From contig NC_003902.1 in NCBI RefSeq assembly GCF_000007145.1, positions 1,207,436-1,239,435 of the forward strand: 32,000 nucleotides of DNA, written 5' to 3'. A program made the position numbers and the translations under genes. Shown piece by piece: positions 18,640-26,069 of this stretch (positions are counted from its first letter, which is position 1; the number at the start of each line of letters is the position of its first letter). Origin of the DNA: Xanthomonas campestris pv. campestris str. ATCC 33913. Lineage in GTDB: Bacteria > Pseudomonadota > Gammaproteobacteria > Xanthomonadales > Xanthomonadaceae. The notes under the pieces are model-generated. The model was not told the origin of the DNA. It did not search any database and saw nothing but the letters and a program-made list of their open reading frames with translations.

Positions 18640-19315
18640 TGATCCTAATCTGCCGCATCTGCTTGTGATTGCGGATGCATTGGGCGAGCTTCGCGAACAC
18701 GTAGTCTTTCTTGGCGGGGCAGTGGTTGGCCTGCTGGTGTCGGATCCATTGGCTGAAAACGTCCGCGCCACCTATGACGTCGATGCGGTGGTCAATCTTG
18801 ATTGGTCTCGGTTTCGCGGTATTGAGGCGCGTGTGGAATCGCAGGGCTTCGCGCGCGAGATGCAGAGCGGCGTCGTCTGCCGCTGGGTACACAAAGCATC
18901 GGGCTTCATCTTCGACTTGATGCCAGTGGATGAAGGCGTGCTTGGATTCTCCAACCGCTGGTACGCCCATGCTGTAGAGACGGCCCAAGTGGTGGCCTTG
19001 AGCGATCGCCTGTCCATCCGTTTGGTGACAGCGACAGCATTCGTGGCGACCAAGCTCGAAGCCTTCGTTACCCGAGGCAACAGTGACTTCCTTTCCAGTC
19101 ACGACCTAGAGGACGTCCTCAATGTCGTCGATGGCCGGGCCGAGCTGGTGGAAGAGCTTGCCGTGGAGCATGCAGACCTTCGGCATTGGGTTGCCGACGT
19201 GTTTTTGGGGCTAGTCGATAACCCGACGTTTGTGAATGCGTTGCCGGGATTGGTCGCCGAACCGGAGCGCGCAAGCGTCGTGCTTCAGCGCCTACGCACC
19301 ATTGCATCAGCGTAG
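18629..19315 (+). CDS. Pol-beta-fold nucleotidyltransferase, AbiEii-like toxin candidate
   Basis: 228 aa from ATG 18629. FLGGAVVGLL..NVRATYDVDAVV (GG..R.T.DxD), FIFDLMPV (second acidic motif) and ATKLEAF (K..A) match the NTase motif order described for AbiEii/DUF1814-type toxins. Confidence 0.6.
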   Translation: MRPDDPNLPHLLVIADALGELREHVVFLGGAVVGLLVSDPLAENVRATYDVDAVVNLDWSRFRGIEARVESQGFAREMQSGVVCRWVHKASGFIFDLMPVDEGVLGFSNRWYAHAVETAQVVALSDRLSIRLVTATAFVATKLEAFVTRGNSDFLSSHDLEDVLNVVDGRAELVEELAVEHADLRHWVADVFLGLVDNPTFVNALPGLVAEPERASVVLQRLRTIASA

Positions 19316-19370
19316 CTGCGACACCGTCGGCTTAGGTCTGCAAACAAAACCTTGAAGCACCGGCGCCCGC

Positions 19371-19393
19371 TTGCGATCATGCATCGCAATTGC
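19371..19393. promoter_or_regulatory. Overlapping inverted repeats upstream of the ParD-like gene (possible operator)
   Basis: TTGCGAT-catgc-ATCGCAA (19371-19389) overlaps the palindrome GCAATTGC (19386-19393), about 20 nt before ATG 19411. Confidence 0.4.
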
Positions 19394-19410
19394 AACGCAC
19401 TGGGCCGGCC

Positions 19411-19674
19411 ATGAAATCCGCATCACTTCCATCGCTCCGGGTAGACCCGGCGCTGCGCGAAGCGGCCGAAGCCGTGTTGCAGGAGGGTGAGACGCTTTCC
19501 AGCTTTGTCGAGCACTCCGTGCGTGCCCAGGTGCAGCAGCGCCAGCAGCAGGAAGCCTTCATTGCCCGTGGGCTGGCTTCGCGTGACAGCGCCAAGGCAT
19601 CCAACCGGTACATCGAGGCGAAGGATGTGCTGGCCGGGCTGCAGTCCCAACTGGACAAGGCGCGCAAGGGCTGA
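19411..19674 (+). CDS. RHH-type antitoxin, ParD/CopG-like
   Basis: 87 aa. The N-terminal beta-strand/helix pattern SLRVDPALREAAEAVLQEGETLSSFVEHSV fits a ribbon-helix-helix. It lies directly upstream of a ParE/RelE-like gene. Confidence 0.6.
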   Translation: MKSASLPSLRVDPALREAAEAVLQEGETLSSFVEHSVRAQVQQRQQQEAFIARGLASRDSAKASNRYIEAKDVLAGLQSQLDKARKG

Positions 19675-19680
19675 GCCAGC

Positions 19681-19989
19681 GTGGGATATTCCGTCCGCTT
19701 CACTCAGTACGCGCGCAACGATCTCGCGCGTCTTTACGACTGGCTGCTACAGCGTGCCGAAAGCGGCTTCACCGTGGTCGAGCGCGCGCTGCAGGCCATC
19801 CGCGACGGCGTCACCGTGCTGGCACTTGCCCCGTTGAGCTGCCGCAAGGCGGTGCCGGCAGACCCGTTCTTGCGGGAGTTGGTGATCGGCTTCGGTGCCA
19901 GCGGCTATGTGCTGCTGTTTGAGGTTGAAAGCAATCAGGTCGTCACCGTTTTGGCAGTCAGGCATCAGCGTGAAGACGACTATCATTGA
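19681..19989 (+). CDS. ParE/RelE-family toxin
   Basis: 102 aa, GTG start 6 nt after the antitoxin stop. Y..A..DL..LYDWL.. followed by LRELVIGFGASGYVLLFEVESNQVVTVLAVRHQRE is the typical ParE/RelE C-terminal beta-sheet. Confidence 0.75.
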   Translation: MGYSVRFTQYARNDLARLYDWLLQRAESGFTVVERALQAIRDGVTVLALAPLSCRKAVPADPFLRELVIGFGASGYVLLFEVESNQVVTVLAVRHQREDDYH

Positions 19990-20026
19990 GTTAGGCACCT
20001 GCGTCCACCTCTTGGCGTGAGAGTCG

Positions 20027-23000
20027 ATGCCCGGGCAGGGCCAAAATCAGGGGTTAAAGATAGTGAGTGACCAGTTTTTCAAGCAGCCTATTCTCAATTC
20101 TCCATACGGTTACCCGTCTTTGCACTGGGAGCTCGACGAAAAGGGGCAACCTACACAGCAAGTAGTCAAATCTCGCCGAGCATCCAGCTTCGTTAGTCCG
20201 ATTCCAAAGCCACGTCGGCACCAGGGCGAGCAGGCTACCCTGGCGCTGGATGAAGTTGAGAGCCTGGCTGACGACGGGCAGCGCTACCGACACTCTGAGC
20301 TAATCAATTCGGTGCGGCGGGAGGTCGATGCTTGGCGTCTCTTGCCACCTGCGCAGTGGCGCGTCACCCCTGAAACAGCCCGCTTACTGGAACATTGGCG
20401 CAACCACAAGTTCGCCGGTGTGCGCCCATTCTTTTGCCAAGTAGAAGCGGCCGAGACCGCCATCTGGTTGGCCGAGGTCGCTCCACAGCTTGGAAAGAAC
20501 GGCGAGCGCTTCCTCGATCACCTGAAAAAGGCCAGCACTGATGCCAATCCCGGCTTGATGCGTTTGGCGCTGAAGCTGGCGACTGGTGCAGGCAAGACCA
20601 CGGTCATGGCCATGCTCATTGCCTGGCAGACGGTTAATGCCGTACGGCATCCGCAGAGCAAGAAATTCACCCGTGGTTTCTTGCTGGTCGCTCCTGGCCT
20701 GACCATCAAGGATCGTTTGCGTGTGCTATTGCCCAATGATGCAGACAGCTACTACGCCAACCGCGAAATCGTGCCACGCGACATGCTGGCCGATTTGGAC
20801 AAGGCCAAGATCGTTATCACCAATTACCACGCTTTCAAGCGACGTGAACGCATGGAGCTGTCCAAGGGCGGCCGCCGCCTGTTGCAAGGCCGTACCGGCA
20901 GCGAGCTGGAAACGCTGGAAACCGAGGGACAGATGCTCCAGCGAGTCATGCCGGAATTGATGGGGCTGAAGAATATTCTTGCCATCAACGACGAGGCACA
21001 CCATTGCTATCGGGAGAAGCCGCACGCTGCCGTAGACGATGAAGATCTCGATAAAGATCAGAAAGCGGAAGCCGAGGACAACAATGAAGCCGCTCGGCTT
21101 TGGATTTCTGGCCTAGAAGCGGTCAACCGCAAGCTGGGGCTGCAGCAGGTGATGGACCTGTCTGCAACGCCTTTCTTCCTGGCCGGCTCTGGCTATGTGG
21201 AGGGCACGCTCTTTCCGTGGACGATGAGCGATTTCTCGCTGATGGACGCTATCGAATGCGGCATCGTCAAGTTGCCGCGCGTGCCGGTCGCCGACAACAT
21301 TCCCGGTGCGGAAATGCCCATCTATCGTGAGCTCTGGAAGCACATAGGCAAGAAGATGCCGAAGAAGGGGCGCGGCAAAAACGCCCAGCTCGATCCATTG
21401 GCCATCCCGGTGGAATTGCAGACCGCACTGGAAGCTCTGTACGGCCACTACCTCAAAACCTACGAAGCTTGGAAGCAGGCAGGCATCAACGTTCCGCCAT
21501 GCTTCATTGTGGTGTGCAACAACACCGCAACTTCCAAACTGGTGTTCGATTACATCTCCGGCTTCGAGCGCACGAATGAGGATGGCTCCAGCACGCGTGT
21601 GCCAGGCCGGTTGGAGCTGTTCCGCAACTTCGACGAACATGGCGAGCCGCTGGCGCGCCCAAACACCTTGCTGATCGACAGCGAGCAACTCGAATCTGGC
21701 GAGGCGCTGGACGATAACTTCCGGGGGATGGCCGCCGACGAGATCGAACGCTTCAAGCGCGAGATCATCGAGCGCACCGGCGATCGCGGCCAGGCTGAGA
21801 ACCTGAGTGACAGCGAATTGCTGCGAGAGGTAATGAACACCGTGGGCAAGCAGGGCCGCTTGGGCGAACAAATTCGCTGCGTGGTGTCGGTGTCCATGCT
21901 CACGGAAGGTTGGGATGCCAATACCGTTACCCACATCCTCGGGGTGCGTGCGTTCGGCACCCAACTGCTGTGCGAGCAGGTGATTGGCCGTGCCCTGCGT
22001 CGTCAGTCCTATGAATTGAACGAACAAGGCCTCTTTGACGTGGAGTACGCCGACGTATTCGGCATCCCCTTCGACTTCACAGCCAAACCAGTCGTCGTCA
22101 CGCCGCCCAAGCCCCGCGAAACCATCACAGTCAAGGCACTGCGCCCGGAACGCGATCATCTGGAAATCTGGTTCCCGCGCGTGCAGGGCTATCGCGTCGA
22201 GCTGCCAGAAGAACAACTCGAAGCTGAATTCAACGACGACCACCACGTCAGCCTGACGCCCGACAGGGTTGGTGCGACCAAGACCCACAACGCCGGCATC
22301 ATTGGCGAGGCAGTGGAGCTGGATATCAAGCATCTGGGAGACGTGCGCCAGTCCACCCTGCTGATGGAGTTGACCAAGCATCTGCTGTTCCAGCATTGGC
22401 GTGATAAAGGCCAGGATGCACCGATTGCATTGTTTGGTCAGCTCAAGCGCATCGTGCGCCAGTGGCTGGACGAGTGCCTGGAGTGCAAGGGCGGCACGTA
22501 TCCGGCGCAGTTGATGTACCGCGAACTGGCGGACATGGCCTGCCAGCGCATCACCAAGGGTATTACCGCGAAGGAACTGGAAAAGGGCCGGCAGGTCAAA
22601 GCCATCCTCGACCCATTCAACCCGACCGGCAGCACCGCGCACGTGCGTTTCAACACTTCGCGTCCGGGCAGTGAACGCTGGGAAACCCTCGGTGTAGAGA
22701 ACCAGCCGAAAAACCAGGTCAACTGGGTGATTCTGGACAGCGGCTGGGAAGGCGAATTCTGTCGCATCGCCGAATCGCATCCCAAGGTGCTGGCCTACAC
22801 CAAGAACCACAACCTCGGCCTGGAAGTACCCTACCGCTTTGGCTCGGCCAACCGCATCTACATACCTGACTTCATCGTTCAAGTGGACGATGGTCGCGGC
22901 AAGAACGATTCACTGAATCTGATCGTCGAGATCAAGGGCTACCGGCGCGAAGATGCGAAGGAGAAGAAGTCCACCATGGACACCTACTGGATTCCTGGCG

Positions 23001-23149
23001 TGAACCACCTCGGCACACACGGTCGCTGGGCCTTCGTCGAGTTTGGTGACGTTTACGAAATGCAGGATGACTTCGCCAAAGAGGTCGAGGCGAAGTTCAA
23101 CCAAATGATTGAAACGGCTGTGCCCGCGCCGGGAAACAAGGAATACTGA
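20027..23149 (+). CDS. Type III restriction Res-like subunit: SF2 DEAH helicase with a C-terminal PD-(D/E)xK nuclease
   Basis: Walker A TGAGKTT (20582-20602), DEAH (20990-21001), motif VI QVIGRALRR, and a C-terminal IPDF..(20 aa)..VEIKG nuclease-like motif. The alternative GTG start at 20063 gives MSDQFFKQPILNSPY. Confidence 0.85.
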   Translation: MPGQGQNQGLKIVSDQFFKQPILNSPYGYPSLHWELDEKGQPTQQVVKSRRASSFVSPIPKPRRHQGEQATLALDEVESLADDGQRYRHSELINSVRREVDAWRLLPPAQWRVTPETARLLEHWRNHKFAGVRPFFCQVEAAETAIWLAEVAPQLGKNGERFLDHLKKASTDANPGLMRLALKLATGAGKTTVMAMLIAWQTVNAVRHPQSKKFTRGFLLVAPGLTIKDRLRVLLPNDADSYYANREIVPRDMLADLDKAKIVITNYHAFKRRERMELSKGGRRLLQGRTGSELETLETEGQMLQRVMPELMGLKNILAINDEAHHCYREKPHAAVDDEDLDKDQKAEAEDNNEAARLWISGLEAVNRKLGLQQVMDLSATPFFLAGSGYVEGTLFPWTMSDFSLMDAIECGIVKLPRVPVADNIPGAEMPIYRELWKHIGKKMPKKGRGKNAQLDPLAIPVELQTALEALYGHYLKTYEAWKQAGINVPPCFIVVCNNTATSKLVFDYISGFERTNEDGSSTRVPGRLELFRNFDEHGEPLARPNTLLIDSEQLESGEALDDNFRGMAADEIERFKREIIERTGDRGQAENLSDSELLREVMNTVGKQGRLGEQIRCVVSVSMLTEGWDANTVTHILGVRAFGTQLLCEQVIGRALRRQSYELNEQGLFDVEYADVFGIPFDFTAKPVVVTPPKPRETITVKALRPERDHLEIWFPRVQGYRVELPEEQLEAEFNDDHHVSLTPDRVGATKTHNAGIIGEAVELDIKHLGDVRQSTLLMELTKHLLFQHWRDKGQDAPIALFGQLKRIVRQWLDECLECKGGTYPAQLMYRELADMACQRITKGITAKELEKGRQVKAILDPFNPTGSTAHVRFNTSRPGSERWETLGVENQPKNQVNWVILDSGWEGEFCRIAESHPKVLAYTKNHNLGLEVPYRFGSANRIYIPDFIVQVDDGRGKNDSLNLIVEIKGYRREDAKEKKSTMDTYWIPGVNHLGTHGRWAFVEFGDVYEMQDDFAKEVEAKFNQMIETAVPAPGNKEY

Positions 23150-23150
23150 T

Positions 23151-26069
23151 ATGGCAACGAAGAAAACAGAGAAGCACGGCAAGAGTATCGAGCAGATCAC
23201 TCATACCGAGGCCAAACGCAAGAACATTCCGACGGTGGAGCATCAGTCGGTGATGCAGCATCACGAGCAAGCGCCGGTGCAGGTGGCCTACCCACGTGCC
23301 AACCGGCAATGGTTAGAGGAACTGTGCGCTTTGCATGACGCGGGAAAGGTCTCCCAGGAATTCCAGCAGCGACTTAACCGCGATCTTGACCCGCAACTCA
23401 TCTGGCGCGGCAAGGACCAGCAGGATTGGTCGGATCTGGTCGTCAACGCGCCGCCTCTCTACATCCAGGAAAAGGTCAAGCCCAAGGCGCTGATCGACGA
23501 CCTGCGCCGTCAGACCGACGCGCGCCGCGAAGCCGCCGCGCCGCAGCAGCAGGACATGCTGGATCTATTCGGCGACTTCAACGGCCTGCCCGAAGGCGCG
23601 GACCGCACCGAGTTCTACCAGCACGAGGGCCATTGGCAGAACCGTATGATCCTGGGCGATTCCTTGCAGGTGATGGCCAGCCTGGCCGAGCGCGAAGGGT
23701 TGCGCGGCAAGGTGCAGTGCATTTATTTCGATCCGCCGTATGGCATCAAATTCAACAGCAATTTCCAGTGGTCAACCACTAGCCGTGATGTGAAGGATGG
23801 CAATACCGGCCATATCACTCGCGAACCGGAGCAGGTTAAGGCGTTCAGGGATACCTGGCGCGACGGGATTCATTCGTATCTGACGTATTTGCGTGACCGA
23901 TTGATGGTGGCGCGGGATTTGTTGACGGAATCTGGGTCGATCTTTGTGCAGATTGGTGATGAGAACGTGCATCGCGTGCGGGCTGTGCTTGATGAAGTTT
24001 TTGGCGAAGATAACTTTGTCTCTATGATTCAGGTGCAAAAAACAGGTAGCCAAGCGTCAAATCTTTTGGCGAATACAGTTGACTTTGTTTTGTGGTATGC
24101 CCGCACAAAGAAAAAAGTCAAATATCGACAGCTTTACTCGGACCGCACTGCAGGGCATGTTTCTTCCGATCGCTACGATCAAATCGAACTTGACGACGGC
24201 GAAGAACGTCGGCTTAAGCGTGATGAATTGGATAGAAAGGTTGAAATTCCGCCAGGCCGAATTTTTCGGCAAACTAGCCTAATATCATCTGGTCAAGCGT
24301 CAAGCGAACAAATCTTTGTTTTTCAGAACAAGCAATATCGTCCGGGTGCATCGAATCATTGGAAAACGACAGTCAGTGGTCTTGGCGTTCTTGCAAAGGC
24401 AGGGCGTATTGCGGCAGGCGCGTCAACGGTGCACTACAAACGCTATCTTAATGACTTCTCCGTTTTGCCTATCGCAGATCGTTGGGAGTCGCTGCAAATC
24501 GGCACGGGCTTGATCTACGTTGTGCAAACCGCAACCTCAGTCGTAGAGAGGTGCCTGTTGATGGCATCCGACCCTGGCGATCTAGTGCTCGACCCTACCT
24601 GCGGCTCCGGTACCACCGCCTATGTTGCCGAACAATGGGGACGCCGGTGGGTGACCATCGACACAAGTCGCGTCGCGTTAGCACTGGCCCGCGCGCGGAT
24701 AATGGGAGCGCGCTACCCGTATTATCTACTGGCCGATTCCCGCGAAGGTCAATTGAAGGAGGGCGAGATTACCCGCTGCGCGCCCTCCAGCCAGCCCGCC
24801 TGGGGTAACATTGTCCACGGCTTCGTCTATGAACGCGTGCCACACATCACGCTCAAATCCATCGCCAACAACGCCGAGATTGAAGTCATCTGGGACAAGT
24901 TCCGGACTACGCTGGAGTCGCTGCGCGAAAAGCTGAGCCATGCACTCGGCAAGCAGTGGAAGGAGTGGGAGATTCCGCGCGAAGCCGATGCAAAATGGAG
25001 CCATACCGCGAAAGAGTTGCATGCCGACTGGTGGCAGCAACGAGTCGCCTGCCAAAAGGAAATTGACGCCTCGATCGCGGCCAAGGCCGAGTTCGAGTAC
25101 CTCTACGACAAACCCTACGGGGACAAGAAGAAGGTGCGAGTGGCGGGCCCCTTCACGGTTGAATCGCTTAGTCCGCACCGCGTATTGGGCGTGGACGAGG
25201 AAGACAACCTGATTGACCATGTGGCCGAGACCCAAGCCGAATACGGTCAGGACTTTGCCAGCCTGATCCTGGCCAACCTGCGCACCGCCGGTGTGCAGCA
25301 GGCACGCAAGGCCGACAAGATCGAATTCACCTCACTAGAGCCGTGGCCGGGCGAACTGGTCTGCGCCGAAGGCCGCTACCTCGAAAATGGACAGGTGAAG
25401 CGTGCCGGCATCCTAGTTGGTCCGGAATTTGGCACGGTCACCCGCGCTGACCTAGTTGATGCCGCCCGCGAAGCGGGTGATGCCAACTTCGATGTACTAA
25501 TTGCCTGCGCCTTTAACTACGACGCTCCTGCCAGCGAGTTCAGTAAGCTGGGCCGCATCAATGTACTCAAAGCGCGCATGAATGCCGAGCTACACATGGC
25601 CGAAGACCTGAAGAACACCGGCAAGGGCAATCTGTTCGTGATCTTCGGCGAGCCGGATGTGGACGTGCTGGACACACAGGGTCACAGCATCCGCCGATAC
25701 GATGGCAAGCGTGACGTTATCGAGGTACCTGCCGACGGGCAACTGGTGGTGCGCATCAACGGCGTGGATGTATTCCATCCCAGCACCGGTGAAGTGCGTA
25801 GCGACGGTGCAGACGGCATCGCCTGCTGGTTTTTGGATACCGACTACAACGAGGAATCCTTCTTCGTCCGCCATGCCTACTTCCTCGGCGCGAACGACCC
25901 GTACAAGGCTCTGAAGACTACCCTCAAAGCTGAAATCGACCCCGACGCCTGGGCAACGCTCAACTGCGACACCTCGCGCCCTTTCCCGAAACCGAGTAAC
26001 GGTCGGTTTGCGGTGAAGGTCATCAATCACCTCGGTGATGAGGTGATGAAGGTATTTAAGGTGAACTGA
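23151..26069 (+). CDS. Beta-class (motif IV before motif I) N6-adenine-type DNA methyltransferase, 972 aa, Mod-like with a long C-terminal extension
   Basis: DPPY at 23730-23741 and DPTCGSGTT at 24591-24617. AAGGAA RBS. ATG lies 1 nt after the Res stop. About 440 aa follow motif I. Confidence 0.9.
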   Translation: MATKKTEKHGKSIEQITHTEAKRKNIPTVEHQSVMQHHEQAPVQVAYPRANRQWLEELCALHDAGKVSQEFQQRLNRDLDPQLIWRGKDQQDWSDLVVNAPPLYIQEKVKPKALIDDLRRQTDARREAAAPQQQDMLDLFGDFNGLPEGADRTEFYQHEGHWQNRMILGDSLQVMASLAEREGLRGKVQCIYFDPPYGIKFNSNFQWSTTSRDVKDGNTGHITREPEQVKAFRDTWRDGIHSYLTYLRDRLMVARDLLTESGSIFVQIGDENVHRVRAVLDEVFGEDNFVSMIQVQKTGSQASNLLANTVDFVLWYARTKKKVKYRQLYSDRTAGHVSSDRYDQIELDDGEERRLKRDELDRKVEIPPGRIFRQTSLISSGQASSEQIFVFQNKQYRPGASNHWKTTVSGLGVLAKAGRIAAGASTVHYKRYLNDFSVLPIADRWESLQIGTGLIYVVQTATSVVERCLLMASDPGDLVLDPTCGSGTTAYVAEQWGRRWVTIDTSRVALALARARIMGARYPYYLLADSREGQLKEGEITRCAPSSQPAWGNIVHGFVYERVPHITLKSIANNAEIEVIWDKFRTTLESLREKLSHALGKQWKEWEIPREADAKWSHTAKELHADWWQQRVACQKEIDASIAAKAEFEYLYDKPYGDKKKVRVAGPFTVESLSPHRVLGVDEEDNLIDHVAETQAEYGQDFASLILANLRTAGVQQARKADKIEFTSLEPWPGELVCAEGRYLENGQVKRAGILVGPEFGTVTRADLVDAAREAGDANFDVLIACAFNYDAPASEFSKLGRINVLKARMNAELHMAEDLKNTGKGNLFVIFGEPDVDVLDTQGHSIRRYDGKRDVIEVPADGQLVVRINGVDVFHPSTGEVRSDGADGIACWFLDTDYNEESFFVRHAYFLGANDPYKALKTTLKAEIDPDAWATLNCDTSRPFPKPSNGRFAVKVINHLGDEVMKVFKVN

